Shown in pieces: positions 31,981 to 42,502 of a stretch of 64,000 nucleotides of DNA. Origin of the DNA: an uncultured Spirochaetota bacterium (GTDB lineage Bacteria > Spirochaetota > Spirochaetia > SZUA-6 > CAVTHK01); NCBI GenBank assembly GCA_963734495.1, contig CAVTHK010000013.1, forward strand, positions 64,001 to 128,000, given 5' to 3'. Both the position numbers and the translations under genes were made by a program. Numbering within the stretch: position 1 is the first letter of the stretch; every line of letters begins with the position of its first letter. The notes beneath the pieces are model-generated. The model had not been told where the DNA came from and did not search any database. It saw only the letters and a list, made by a program, of their open reading frames with translations.

Positions 31981-32991
31981 ATGCTGCTCTACACGCCGCA
32001 GAGGCGCGCGCCCCTCGTCGACTACGGCATCCTCATCCCGGTCGCCCCCGGAAAGACCGACCGCATCCTCGCGGCGCTTCGTGCGAACCCCCTGCTCGGG
32101 CCGCGCGAGCCCGAGTGGCACCTGCAACGGGACGGCACGACAATGGGGCGCGAGGACCTGTTGCGTGCCCACTCCGAGCGTTACGTCGACGAGCTCACCT
32201 CGGCGGGCCTCGAGCGCGCGATCATCCGTGCCTACGAGCTCGAGGACGAGCAGGGGCGGCCGCACCGCTACGACCCGTCGCGGGCCACCCGGCCGCTCTC
32301 CGAGCTGCTCGACGGGGCGCTCGAGAACTCGGCGGGCACATACCAGTGCTGCCGCGAGGCGCTGCGGCACGGCTTCTGCTTCTACCTCGGCGGGGGCGCG
32401 CACCACGCCCACCGCGACTTCGGCCACGGCTTCTGCGTGGTCAACGACTCGATGGTCGCCCTGCGGCGCCTGCAGGCCGAAGGCGTCGTGCGGCGCGCGT
32501 GGATCATCGACGTGGACGCCCACAAGGGCGACGGCACCGCGGAGATCGCGAGCGGCGACCCGTCGATCGTGACGTTGAGCGTGCACATGGCCCGCGGATG
32601 GCCGCTGGACGGGCCGGAGCGCGACGCGCTCGGCAGGCTCAACCCTTCCTTCATCCCGAGCGACATCGACGTCGGCATCGAAGCCGGCGAAGAGGCGAGC
32701 TATCTCCCCCGTCTCGACGCGGCGCTGCGCTCGCTCGAATCCGGCGCCCGGCCCGACCTGGCGCTCGTTCTCGCGGGCGCCGACGCCTACGAGAAGGACG
32801 AGCTCCCCTCGGCCGCGCTGCTGCGGCTGTCCGCGGACCAGATGCTCGAACGCGACCTGATGATCTACCGGTTCCTGAAGTCCCGCTCGATCCCTCGCGC
32901 GTTCCTGATGGCCGGCGGCTACGGGGCGCACGCGTGGGAGGTGTACCCGCCCTTTCTCGAGCGCGCGCTCCTCGATCAGCTCGGGGGCTGA
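31981..32991 (+). CDS. Histone deacetylase family protein (HDAC11-like bacterial type)
   Basis: LGGGAHHA, GHGFCVVND, DVDAHKGDGT, GADAYEKD, MAGGY. Confidence 0.9.
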   Translation: MLLYTPQRRAPLVDYGILIPVAPGKTDRILAALRANPLLGPREPEWHLQRDGTTMGREDLLRAHSERYVDELTSAGLERAIIRAYELEDEQGRPHRYDPSRATRPLSELLDGALENSAGTYQCCREALRHGFCFYLGGGAHHAHRDFGHGFCVVNDSMVALRRLQAEGVVRRAWIIDVDAHKGDGTAEIASGDPSIVTLSVHMARGWPLDGPERDALGRLNPSFIPSDIDVGIEAGEEASYLPRLDAALRSLESGARPDLALVLAGADAYEKDELPSAALLRLSADQMLERDLMIYRFLKSRSIPRAFLMAGGYGAHAWEVYPPFLERALLDQLGG

Positions 32992-33453
32992 GGCCCGGGG
33001 CCGGGCGCGCGGCGGGCCCTGCGCAGCGCGAGCCAGGCGACAGCCGCCAGCGCGGCGGCGCCGATCGCGAGCCCCGCGGCCGCGAGCGGCAGATAGACCG
33101 GACGGAGGACCGCGCGGTGCAGATCGAAGCGGCCGCCGTGGATCGGGGCGTACAGCGCGAAGCGGAGCGCCTCGATCGCCGGCAGCAGCAGAAGCTCGCT
33201 GCCGGTCACGAGGAGGAACGATTCGAGCAGGCGGCCCTTGCGCTGAGCGCGTCCGAGGACTGCGTCCACCGCGATGACGAAAGCGATCTCCGCGATCGCC
33301 AGCGGAATAAGCGACGTGAGCCCCGGCAAAGGCGGCGAGGCCGCCGTAGATCTTGACGACGTCGACCCCGAGCTGGAGGAGCAGGAGGAACGGGAAGATG
33401 GACAGCCCGATCGCGATCGCCGCGAGCAGGAGCCTCGCGATCCGCGCGCTCAT
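32976..33453 (-). CDS. Hypothetical membrane protein; frameshift near 33325
   Basis: Two hydrophobic frames join into ~4 TM segments; ATG overlaps the RNase D stop. Confidence 0.6.
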
Positions 33454-34325
33454 GCCGGGCGGCCCTCCCCCTCCGCCGCGGCGCAGGCGGCGGCCAGCCG
33501 GTCGACAAAGGGCCGCGCCTCGCGGCCGACGAGCCTGAGCCAGTTGTCCCGCGACGCGGGGGGCCGGCGCGCGGCGGCGACCAGCGCGTCGTTCGCGACC
33601 ACCCGGTACGGCGGGAGGTCGAGCGTTTCGGCGATCCGCTCCCGGGCGGCGTGGAGCGCCGCGAGCGTGTGCTGCCCGTCTTCGCTGAGAGTGCGGGCGC
33701 CGCGCAGGCGTATCCAGGCGTCCGCGTCCGCCCGGAACTCGCGCTTCTCCAGGGCGCGGCTCTGCTCCTGCGCCTTGACGAGCCGGTCGCGCGCCGCGAG
33801 CGACTCGCGCATGCGCTGCCAGGCGGCCAGCAGGTGCCGCACGTCCTCGGCCGCGTAGTCGAGCTGCGCCGGGGACAGCGGCCGGCGGTTCCAGTCCGAG
33901 CGCTGGAGGACTTCCTTCTTCTCCATGGTTCTGCCCAGGGTGGTCTCGATGATCCGGCCGAGGCCCGGCGTGCCCTGGCCCAGCAGCCGGGACCCGACCT
34001 GCAGGTCGAAGATGCCGCGCAGAGCGATCCCCTGCGCGCGCTTGATCAGCTTGACGTCCTCGTCCGCGGAGCACATCACCTTGGTCACCCGCTCGTCCTC
34101 GAGGACGGGCGCGAGCGGCGCGAGCGAGCCCAGCCTCACCGGGTCGACGAGATGCACGGCGTCGCCGTCGGCGATCTGTACCAGGCAGAGGTGGATCCCG
34201 TACCGGTGCAGGTTGTACTCGCCCTCGAAATCCACGCCGATCGCGTCGAGGCCGCGGAGGCGGCGGGCGAGGGCGTCGAGATCGGCCTGCCGGTCCACGA
34301 GCCTGAAATCGCTCCGGTCGCTCAC
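33450..34325 (-). CDS. rnd: Ribonuclease D-like 3'-5' exonuclease with HRDC domain
   Basis: GVDFEG, LCLVQI, IFDLQ, SDWNRRPLS, YAAEDV; HRDC-like LPPYRVVAND. Confidence 0.85.
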   Translation of the reverse strand: MSDRSDFRLVDRQADLDALARRLRGLDAIGVDFEGEYNLHRYGIHLCLVQIADGDAVHLVDPVRLGSLAPLAPVLEDERVTKVMCSADEDVKLIKRAQGIALRGIFDLQVGSRLLGQGTPGLGRIIETTLGRTMEKKEVLQRSDWNRRPLSPAQLDYAAEDVRHLLAAWQRMRESLAARDRLVKAQEQSRALEKREFRADADAWIRLRGARTLSEDGQHTLAALHAARERIAETLDLPPYRVVANDALVAAARRPPASRDNWLRLVGREARPFVDRLAAACAAAEGEGRPA

Positions 34326-35116
34326 GCGAGCAGCCTCGCCTCGAGCACCGTCACCGCGCGGCCGCCGAGAACCACGCGGTCGCCCGCCGGGCGGCAGTGC
34401 ACCGTCCCGCCGCGGGCCGAGGCCTGCCAGCCGATGAGGCTCTTCTTCCGGAGCTTCGCGGACCAGTAGGGGGCCAGGTAGCAGTGCGCCACGCCGGTCA
34501 CCGGGTCCTCGTCTATCCCGACGGCGGGAGCGAAGAAGCGCGAGACAAAGTCGTGCGCGCCGCCGCGCGCGGTCACCAGCGCGGTTCCCGTGCCCGAGCG
34601 CGCGAGCAGCCTGAAGTCCGGCGCGAGAGCCTCGACCTGCTCCTTCGACGCGAGCTCGAGAAAGGTCAGCGCGTCGTCGGTGCCGCTGAACAGCGGCTCG
34701 GGAGGCTCGCGTCCGGGCGCCAGCGCCTCGAGCACCCCGGCCGGCGGCGGGGCCGGCTCGACGGCGTGCGCCGGGAAGTCCATCTCGATCAGGTCGCCCG
34801 CGCGCCTGGCGCGCAGCAACCCGCTCAGCGTGTGGAACTCGGCGGCCTGCGCCGGCTCGAGCACCCCCGCCTCCCACAGAACGTGCGCGGTCGCGAGCGT
34901 CGCGTGGCCGCACAGCTCGACTTCGCAGGTGGGGGTGAACCAGCGCAGCGAGAAGCCGGAATCGACCCTGCGGGCAAAGGCCGTCTCCGAGACGTTCATC
35001 TCCGCGGCGACGCTCTGCATCCAGGCGTCCGGCTTCTCGTCCTCGAGCAGGCAGACGCCCGCAGGGTTGCCGGTGAACGGGCGGTCGGCAAACGCATCGA
35101 CCTGGTAGATCTTCAT
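34322..35116 (-). CDS. PhzF family isomerase
   Basis: YQVDAFA..PFTGNPAGV, EMNVSETAF, LRWFTP, LCGHATLA, EDPVTG. Confidence 0.93.
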   Translation of the reverse strand: MKIYQVDAFADRPFTGNPAGVCLLEDEKPDAWMQSVAAEMNVSETAFARRVDSGFSLRWFTPTCEVELCGHATLATAHVLWEAGVLEPAQAAEFHTLSGLLRARRAGDLIEMDFPAHAVEPAPPPAGVLEALAPGREPPEPLFSGTDDALTFLELASKEQVEALAPDFRLLARSGTGTALVTARGGAHDFVSRFFAPAVGIDEDPVTGVAHCYLAPYWSAKLRKKSLIGWQASARGGTVHCRPAGDRVVLGGRAVTVLEARLLA

Positions 35117-35700
35117 GAGGCTCTCTCTTCCGAAAGGTGGCTGACGTCGTTCATGGTCAGGGCGGATAGCCTTCCGTCCTCGCCTTCGAAGACGAAGACG
35201 CCCGCGTTGCTCATCTCGACCGTGGCTTTGGCCTCCGCGAGGGTCCTCCCCGTGATCGCGGCCACGATGGCGTAGTTGATGCCGCCATGGCCCGACAGCA
35301 GGACGGTCTGGCCAGGGTGCTTTTCGCGCACGAGACGCAGCACGCGCCTGGCCCTTTCCAGCATCTGCTCGTCTTTCTCCACCTCCTCGGCGTCGGTGAG
35401 CCGGGACCGATCCAGGTCGCTGCCGCTGCACCCCTGGTAGCGGCCGAGGAAGCGCTCGCGCAGATCGGGGCACCAGGTCACCCGGACGCCCGGATGGCGG
35501 CGCATGATCGCCTCGGTGGTGTCGCGCGCCCGCGCGAGGTCGCTGGAGTACGCCGCGTCGATCGGCTCCCGGGCGAGACGCGCGGCGAGCCGCTCCACCT
35601 GCTCGCGGCCCCGCGCGGACAGCCGGCCCGGCAGGTGGCCCTGGATGATGCCCGCGGCGTTCTCTTCGGTCTCGCCGTGCCGGACGAGGATGATTCTCAT
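35113..35700 (-). CDS. Histidine phosphatase (phosphoglycerate mutase) family
   Basis: LVRHGET, YSSDLARA, LRER, LSGHGG. Confidence 0.92.
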   Translation of the reverse strand: MRIILVRHGETEENAAGIIQGHLPGRLSARGREQVERLAARLAREPIDAAYSSDLARARDTTEAIMRRHPGVRVTWCPDLRERFLGRYQGCSGSDLDRSRLTDAEEVEKDEQMLERARRVLRLVREKHPGQTVLLSGHGGINYAIVAAITGRTLAEAKATVEMSNAGVFVFEGEDGRLSALTMNDVSHLSEERAS

Positions 35701-35853
35701 CGTTGCTTTCCGGCGCCAACATAGCGTCACGCCCCTCATGGGTCAAGGACAGGCCCCGCGAGGGATGCGTGCCGCGCGGGATGTAGCAACGGGGCCTCTT
35801 TCCCTGTATAACGGGGACGCGCGCGGTGCGCGGAATCGGAGAGAGCGGGCGGC

Positions 35854-36519
35854 ATGAAGGCCTTCATCGTCATTTTCTCCCTGTCGTTCGTCGTCGCGCT
35901 GAGCGGCGCGATGGCTCCCGGCCCGCTGCTGACCTACACGATCGTGAGGTCCGCGCAGGCCCGCAGGCGGGGGTTCCTCGTCGGTGCGTGGGTCATCCTC
36001 GGCCATGCGCTGCTGGAATCGGCCCTCATCGTGGCCCTGCTTCTGGGTCTCGCCGCGCTGCTGCGGAGCGGGATCGCGGTCCGCCTGATCGGCGCGTTCG
36101 GCGGCTCGTTCCTCGTCGTCATGGGGTTGAGCCTCCTCCGGCAGGTCGTGCGCGGCCGCATCGCGCCTCCCGGAGCCGATCCCACCGCAGAGGCCATCCG
36201 TCCCGCCAACCCGGTGCTGGCCGGCGTGCTCGTGTCGATGAGCAACCCCTACTGGTGGGTCTGGTGGGCGTCGGTGGGTTTTGCTTTCATGGCGCAGTAC
36301 GACATCTCCTTCGCCAGGTGGCCGCTGCTGATCGCGTTCTTCGCGGGCCACGAGGCGGGGGACCTGCTGTGGTACTTCACCGTGTCCGTTCTCGTGTCGA
36401 TGGGGCGCTCCCGCCTCACGGGGCGGGTCTACCAGGCGGTCCTCGCCGCCTGCGCGCTCGTCATCGTCGGCTTCGGCGTCTTTCTCGGAGTCTCGTCCTT
36501 CCTCTACAGGGCGGCGTGA
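35854..36519 (+). CDS. LysE family translocator
   Basis: ALSGAMAPGP, LGHALLE, SMSNPYWWVWW; hydrophobic. Confidence 0.88.
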   Translation: MKAFIVIFSLSFVVALSGAMAPGPLLTYTIVRSAQARRRGFLVGAWVILGHALLESALIVALLLGLAALLRSGIAVRLIGAFGGSFLVVMGLSLLRQVVRGRIAPPGADPTAEAIRPANPVLAGVLVSMSNPYWWVWWASVGFAFMAQYDISFARWPLLIAFFAGHEAGDLLWYFTVSVLVSMGRSRLTGRVYQAVLAACALVIVGFGVFLGVSSFLYRAA

Positions 36520-37415
36520 CGGCCGCCGCGTCGGGCCGCGGGCGCGCGCGCAAGGCCCACGACGCCGACGCAGGAGACCAGCACCAGGATGCTGCCCGCG
36601 AGCTCGATCGCGCTCATCGCTTCGGCAAAGAACGCGATCCCGACCACCACGTTGAACAGCGGCGTGAGGAGCCCGAGAAGGGACCCGGCGGTGAGCGACA
36701 CGCGGCCGAAGCCCCAGGTCATGAGGATCTGCGCGGCCGTGGCCGTCAGGCCGATCGCGACCAGCAGCACCCCGCCGCCCCAGCCGACGCCGCCGGCGCC
36801 GCGGACGGCCGGGACGGCCACCAGCCAGAACCCGATGAGGCACTGGGCGAGGAAGATCGCGTAGCTCGAATCGGTGGCGGTCGCCCTCTTGAGGCACACG
36901 AGCGCCGCCCCCGCCGCGACGGCGCCGGCGATCGAGAGGATGGTCCAGGCATCGACGCTTACGGCGCCGCCCTTCGGAGCCACCAATAGCGCCAGCCCGA
37001 CCAGCCCGACCGCCATCAGCACCCAGGCAGAGGCGCTCACGCGGTCCTTGAGGAAGATCACGCCGCCCCCGGCGGCGAAGATCGGGTAGAGGTAGCTGAG
37101 CACCGTGCCCCTTGCCAGGCCGAGCTTGACGACGGACATGTAGAAGAGGAGCACGGATATCCCGCCGAAGAGGCCGCGCAGGAAAAGCACGGAGCTGTTG
37201 GTGAACTCCAGGCGGATGCGGCGGAAGAGCGCCAGTGTCCCGAGCGCCGCCGTGCCCACGGCGAAACGGTAGAACGCGATCGTGAAGAAGTCGATCCGCT
37301 GCGCGAAGCGGATCATGATCGCCATGACGGAGAAGAGGACCGACGACAGCAGGATGGCGCCCACCCCGGCGGCGTAGCCGCTTCGGGCAGGCGCGGCGAC
37401 CGTGGACTGCGGCAT
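36504..37415 (-). CDS. EamA/DMT family transporter
   Basis: About 10 TM helices with duplicated EamA pattern. Confidence 0.88.
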   Translation of the reverse strand: MPQSTVAAPARSGYAAGVGAILLSSVLFSVMAIMIRFAQRIDFFTIAFYRFAVGTAALGTLALFRRIRLEFTNSSVLFLRGLFGGISVLLFYMSVVKLGLARGTVLSYLYPIFAAGGGVIFLKDRVSASAWVLMAVGLVGLALLVAPKGGAVSVDAWTILSIAGAVAAGAALVCLKRATATDSSYAIFLAQCLIGFWLVAVPAVRGAGGVGWGGGVLLVAIGLTATAAQILMTWGFGRVSLTAGSLLGLLTPLFNVVVGIAFFAEAMSAIELAGSILVLVSCVGVVGLARAPAARRGGRHAAL

Positions 37416-37506
37416 GCGGGAGAGAATAGCGGTTTGAGTCCCCGGTTGGGAAGCGCGCGGTCGGGGCGGGTGCGGAGCCCGCCGGCCTGCCGCGCCGGCG
37501 CGCGAT

Positions 37507-38343
37507 TCAGCCCGCCCGGCGCAGGGCGCTGATGCCCGAAACGATCTGGCTCCAGAGCAGGCCGGAGAAGTCCGTTTCCCCTTCGAGCGTCACGAGGCCG
37601 TCGTAGCCCCACTCATCCGCGATCATTCGCAGGAGCGCCGCGTAATCGATGTGAGTCCCGTTGAGCGTCCACATCCGGTCCACGAGGCTGCCGTGAAGGT
37701 GCACGTCGGCGATCCGGTCCTTGATCCCCCTGAAACGATCGAGCTCGTTGTAGTGATAGGCCCACTTCATGTCGAGGGTGACCCAGTCGAAGGCCGAGAC
37801 CGCTTCGAACGGTGTATAGCCGGGCGTGTAGGTGGGAATGTTCTCGACAGCCGCCTTGACGCCGGTGCCCGACGAAAGACGGACGAGGAGCGCGTGAAGG
37901 CGGGGGTGGTCCACCGCGGCCGACCACGCGTCCCAGAGGTGGAAGACGCACGTTCCCGCGCCGACGCCCTCCGCCGCCTGCAGCGCCCCGCGCACGAGGG
38001 CCTCGCCGCGCTCCACGAGCTCCGGCTGCTCCGAGCAGAGCAGCGGGCCGATGTCCCTGTTCGCGTGGATCGCGAGGATGGGCACGCGGGCGCGATTGAT
38101 GACCTCGACGAGCTGGGGGATGTCGTACTTGCGGCTCGCCTCCCACTCGAACTTGCGGTCGTACTTCGTGTCCTTGTCCACCGGGGCGAAATGCGGGTTC
38201 CACTCCGCCAGCAGCTCCAGCTCGAACCCGTCGACCACCCGCTCGCGCAGCAGGATCTTCATCACGTAGATCGTGGCGCCGAGGTCATAGTACTTGCGGT
38301 GCATGTAGGTGGCCAGAGGAACAGTGCTGATCGAAAAGCGCAT
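37507..38343 (-). CDS. Xylose isomerase-like TIM barrel (sugar-phosphate isomerase/epimerase family)
   Basis: AVENIP, TLDMKW, DVHLHG, GYDGLVTLE metal-ligand pattern. Confidence 0.7.
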   Translation of the reverse strand: MRFSISTVPLATYMHRKYYDLGATIYVMKILLRERVVDGFELELLAEWNPHFAPVDKDTKYDRKFEWEASRKYDIPQLVEVINRARVPILAIHANRDIGPLLCSEQPELVERGEALVRGALQAAEGVGAGTCVFHLWDAWSAAVDHPRLHALLVRLSSGTGVKAAVENIPTYTPGYTPFEAVSAFDWVTLDMKWAYHYNELDRFRGIKDRIADVHLHGSLVDRMWTLNGTHIDYAALLRMIADEWGYDGLVTLEGETDFSGLLWSQIVSGISALRRAG

Positions 38344-38382
38344 CGTCGGCTCTCCCGGGGATTGCCGCCCGCGAATCTCAGG

Positions 38383-39045
38383 TCAAAGGCGCCTGGCGGT
38401 CACGCTCCCATCCCGCCTCACTACACTTCTCGGCGGAACGACACCTCCCACGTTAACGAGCGGGTGCACCAGGCTCTGGCGTCCGATCACGGTGCCGGGG
38501 TTCACGACCGAGTTGCAGCCGACCTCCACGAAGTCTCCGAGGATCGCCCCGAACTTCCGCAGGCCCGTCTCCAGCGGACCTCCCTCGTCCAGGACGCGCA
38601 CCGTACGGCCGTCGAGACGCACATTGGACAGGATGGCGCCGGCCCCGAGGTGGCTGCGGAACCCGAGAACGGAGTCGCCGACGTAGTTGAAATGATTCAC
38701 CTCGACTCCGTCGAAAAGGATCGCGTTCTTGATCTCGGTGGAGTTGCCGACCACGCAGCCGTCGCCGATGATCGCGATCCCGCGCAGCAGGGCCCCGTGA
38801 CGGATCTCGCACCGTGCGCCGATGATCGCAGGCCCCCTGATGAGGGCCGACGGCTCGATCCGCGTCTCCGGTCCGACCCAGACTCCGGGGAGCTTCTCGA
38901 CGAAGCCGGCGGGGAGCTCTCGAACGACCTCCGCGATCACGTCGGCGATGCGCGGGAGGATCTCCCACGGATACGCCAGCGGCTCGAGAAACGGGCCCGC
39001 GAGCGAGCGCTCGAGATCGAAGAGGCCGGCGGCCGGAAATCTCAC
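38383..39045 (-). CDS. Hexapeptide-repeat (left-handed beta-helix) protein, GlmU C-terminal-like
   Basis: YPWEILP, GNSTEIKN, HFNYVGDSVLG, HLGAG, GLRKFGAILGD. Confidence 0.88.
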   Translation of the reverse strand: MRFPAAGLFDLERSLAGPFLEPLAYPWEILPRIADVIAEVVRELPAGFVEKLPGVWVGPETRIEPSALIRGPAIIGARCEIRHGALLRGIAIIGDGCVVGNSTEIKNAILFDGVEVNHFNYVGDSVLGFRSHLGAGAILSNVRLDGRTVRVLDEGGPLETGLRKFGAILGDFVEVGCNSVVNPGTVIGRQSLVHPLVNVGGVVPPRSVVRRDGSVTARRL

Positions 39046-39147
39046 GCCCTCACCCTTTCACCCTAATCTAAGCGAGGCAGGGCCGGGGTTCAACGGGCGC
39101 AAGAGGCGCCAGGGGCGCCCTGCGGAGCCTTGCGGCGTTGGGACTAT

Positions 39148-40107
39148 TCAGCCGCGGTTCTTCCTGGCCGCGACGACCTGGCCCGCGGCCTCGGCGATGC
39201 GCGCGGCGGACATCCCGTACTTGCCGAGCACCTCCCGGTAGCCGCCGCATTCGGCAAACGTGTCCTGGAGGCCGAGGTTCTCGAACGGCACCGGCCTGTT
39301 CTTGAGGCACCACGCCGCCAGCTCGTATCCGAGCCCGTTGCGGGCCTGGTGGTTCTCCGCCACGACCAGGGCGCCCGTCCTGTCGAGCGACTCGGCGAGC
39401 GCCTCGCGGTCCCACGGCTTGACGCTGTAGAAGTCGAGCACGTCCGCCTGCACGCCCGATCCGGCGAGGGTCTCGGCGGCTTCGAGGGCCTGGAACACCA
39501 CGTCGCCGTACGCGACGACGGTCACGTCCGACCCCTCCCGCAGCCGCTTGCTGCCGCCCAGGACGAACCGCTCGTCGGCCCCGTACAGCTCGAACAGCGG
39601 GTCCCTCATCAGACGGACGTACACCGGCCCGGGCGTCTCCATCGCGACGTCGAACAACCCGTGCGCCGACCGCGTGTCCGCCGGCGCGAGCAGCTTCATG
39701 TTCGGCAGGGTCGTCATGAAGGCGACGTCCTCGGTGGCCTGGTGGCTCACGCCGTCGATCGCGGCTGTGACTCCGGCGTGAGACGAAAGCAGCTTCACAT
39801 CCAGGTTGGGGTAGCAGATCATCGACCGCACGCTCTCCAGGGCGCGCATGGTGAGGAACACCCCGTACCCGCACACGACGACCTTGCGGCCGCAGGACGC
39901 CATGCCGGCCGCGGCCGAGAGCGCGGCGAGCTCCGCGATGCCCATGTTGAGGTAGCGATCGGGATACCGCTCGGCGAACAGGTAGGCGGAGGTCGCGTAC
40001 CCGAGGTCCATGTCGACCACGACGAAGTCGCCGTCGACCCGGCCGTACTCGAGCATGCGGTCCGTGCACGCCTGCCTTGTCGGCGCCTTTGCCTTGGGAA
40101 GGTTCAT
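39148..40107 (-). CDS. Transketolase, C-terminal (pyrimidine-binding) subunit
   Basis: NMGIAE, DGVSHQATED, GPVYVRL, AENH, GLQDTFAECG. Confidence 0.92.
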   Translation of the reverse strand: MNLPKAKAPTRQACTDRMLEYGRVDGDFVVVDMDLGYATSAYLFAERYPDRYLNMGIAELAALSAAAGMASCGRKVVVCGYGVFLTMRALESVRSMICYPNLDVKLLSSHAGVTAAIDGVSHQATEDVAFMTTLPNMKLLAPADTRSAHGLFDVAMETPGPVYVRLMRDPLFELYGADERFVLGGSKRLREGSDVTVVAYGDVVFQALEAAETLAGSGVQADVLDFYSVKPWDREALAESLDRTGALVVAENHQARNGLGYELAAWCLKNRPVPFENLGLQDTFAECGGYREVLGKYGMSAARIAEAAGQVVAARKNRG

Positions 40108-40942
40108 CGCAGCCCCCTTCCGATCTCGGCGACGGCCCGCTCGTACTGGGCATCGTCGGGCGCGAGGCCGTGCCACTCCCGCTTGCTCTCCATGAAGGAC
40201 ACCCCGCGGCCCTTGACCGTGCGGGCGATGATGCAGGTCGGTCCTCCCGTGTGCGCCTGTGCGGCCTCGATCGTGCTCACGATCCCGCGCCATGTCGTGG
40301 CCGTCCATCTCGAGGACGTTCCAGTGGAAGGCCCGCCACTTGTCCGCGATGGGCTCCATCGGCATGATGACGCTGGTCTCGCCGTCGTTCTGCAGGCGGT
40401 TCGCGTCCACGATCGCAGTGAGACGCTCGAGGCCGTACTTGTTCGCCGCGGATGCGGCCTCCCAGACGATGCCTTCGTTGAGCTCGCCGTCGCCGACGAG
40501 GGCGTAGGTGCGGTAGTCCCTGCCGCGCATCCTGCCGTCGAGCGCCATGCCGACGGCGGCCGCCAGGCCGTGGCCCAGCGACCCGGTGCTCATGTCGACG
40601 CCGGGTGTCTTCATGATCGGGTGGCCCTGGAGGATGCTCTCGAACCGGCGCAGCGTCCCGAGGGTCTTCCAGCGGGAAATAGCCCCGCAGCGCGAGACAG
40701 GCGTACAGCGCGGGGCACGCGTGCCCCTTGGAGAGGACGAAGCGGTCCCGGTCCGGCCACCGCGGCTCGGCCGGCCTGAGCCTGAGAACATCGAAGTAGA
40801 GCGCCGTCATCACGTCGGCGGCGGACAGCGAGCCCCCCGGGTGTCCGCTTCGGGCCGTGTGGATCATGTCCACGATGTGGAACCGGACTTCCCTGGCCTT
40901 CGCCTCGAGCATCCGGATCCTCTCGCCGTCACCGTGCGCCAT
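40104..40942 (-). CDS. Transketolase, N-terminal (ThDP-binding) subunit; frameshifts near 40670 and 40285
   Basis: SGHPGGSLS, RDRFVLSKGHA, LQGHP, STGSLGHG, GDGELNEG...N ThDP motif. Confidence 0.92.
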
Positions 40943-40981
40943 CGATGCCCCCCCGCGAGCCCCCGCGCCCGCCGCGGCTGG

Positions 40982-41023
40982 ATTGCATGCAAAATCGTAT
41001 TTGTGAATGGTCCGTCCTGTCAA
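40982..41023 (-). promoter_or_regulatory. Transketolase operon promoter with overlapping palindromic operator
   Basis: TTGACA-18 nt-TACGAT running directly into ATTTTGCATGCAAT (palindrome TTGCATGCAA). Confidence 0.65.
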
Positions 41024-41137
41024 CCGGGTGTTCCAGCCCGCATGGCCGCGCGTGGAAGCGCGTGCCCGGGCCGCCCGGCGAGCCCGCCAGCCCCGAGGCC
41101 GCCGCGGGCCAGGGGCGCCGGAGCCGGCGCCGCGCGC

Positions 41138-41615
41138 TCATCCGACAAAGCTCTCCTGACCCGGGTAGCCCAGCCGTTTCCGGGCCGAGAGACGGAGGGT
41201 ACGTGAAGTAGGTCACCCGGCCCTCCGTGCACAGCTTCCCGGCGCCGTCGGTGAGGACGACGCGCACCGTCACGAGGTGATCGTCGGTGCCGGCAAGGGA
41301 GGCGCGCAGCGTCACTTCGCCTTTGGCCGTGAGCACCGGCCGCTTGAAGTCGACCTCGACCCGCGCCGTCGCCCCCGCGGTCCCGCGGTTCACGAAGATC
41401 CACCAGCTCGCGATCTCGTCCATCAGGACGCCGTCTGCACGCCGCCGTGCAGGACGCCGCTGTAGCCTTCGAGCTCCAGCCCGCGGCTGCCAGCGGCACA
41501 CCACCTCGTCGCCGTCCTGGAAGAAGCGCATCCGCAGGCCGAAGGGGTGGTCCGGGCTGCAGGCGAAGCAGTGGTAAGTCTCGCGGCCGACATAGGGGTT
41601 GGCGATCGGTTTCAT
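41138..41615 (-). CDS. PaaI/hot-dog fold thioesterase; frameshifts
   Basis: CFACSPDHPFGL, GYSGVLHGG, LMDEIASW. Confidence 0.85.
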
Positions 41616-41683
41616 CGGCTGAACTTACACCACATCGGGCTTTGAGGCCCAGGCAGCCGAGCCGCGGGAGCCCGGCGCCCCGC

Positions 41684-42484
41684 TCAGCGGTCTGCGGGCG
41701 GCCGCAGCGCGCGCCAGCGATCCAGATAGCGCTGGAAGTGCGGCCGCGCCTCGACCCCGGCGACCAGGAAGCGCTCGAGATTCTGCTGCTCGCGATCGTA
41801 CTCGTCGCCGCTCAGCTGCCCCTCGAAGTGCGCCCAGCGAAGCCAGACCAGGTACGTCGTGATCGCGTCCATCTCGTTGTAGGCCATGATCTCCGCGTGC
41901 CTGCCCGCGAGCCAGAGATCCGCGACGTCACCGCCGTGCGTGCCGATCTTTCCGGGTACGCCGCAGGCGGTCGCGAGCTCGTCGAGCGAAGGCGTGCTCC
42001 GGCCTCCCCAACCGAGGGCGGCTATCAGGTCGACGTGCAGCGCGGTCTTCCACCCGAGGTATTCGAGGCGCTGGAACTCGGCCGCGGACAGGCCGTGCGC
42101 GACCCCGCGCTGGATCAGGATCGGCAGGTCCGCGTGCCGCGAGTTGAAGCCCACGAGGCAGGGCCGCTCGCGGCCCGCCGTGCCGAGAAACTCCGCGAGC
42201 AGCTCGGCCTCCGAGAGCCGCTCCGCGGACAGCGACACCATGGAAAGCTCGGCGCTTTCGCCGGAGCCGATCCTCCGCAGGACGGCGAGCGAAACGACCC
42301 GGCACAGCACGGTCTTGAGGTAAGGCCGCGGGTTCTCGTCGCTCGCGCCGCCGCGGCGCCACATCTCTTCGAAGACCGCGGCGTCGGGCATCTGCGGGGC
42401 GAGGCCGTAGAGTCGCCGCCCGAGCTCGGCATCGGGGACCCATTCCGCATCGAAGGCCCAGATCTTGTCACGGAGAGCGGCCAT
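41684..42484 (-). CDS. Predicted 3'-5' exonuclease (PolB-like DEDD)
   Basis: [41 protein letters not shown]. Confidence 0.85.
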   Translation of the reverse strand: MAALRDKIWAFDAEWVPDAELGRRLYGLAPQMPDAAVFEEMWRRGGASDENPRPYLKTVLCRVVSLAVLRRIGSGESAELSMVSLSAERLSEAELLAEFLGTAGRERPCLVGFNSRHADLPILIQRGVAHGLSAAEFQRLEYLGWKTALHVDLIAALGWGGRSTPSLDELATACGVPGKIGTHGGDVADLWLAGRHAEIMAYNEMDAITTYLVWLRWAHFEGQLSGDEYDREQQNLERFLVAGVEARPHFQRYLDRWRALRPPADR

Positions 42485-42502
42485 CTGATCGCGCCTCCCG
42501 GG

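Noticed and set aside
39148-40791. Single-chain transketolase ORF
   Set aside because: Arises from indels; the N-subunit ends in TGA overlapping the C-subunit ATG at 40104-40107
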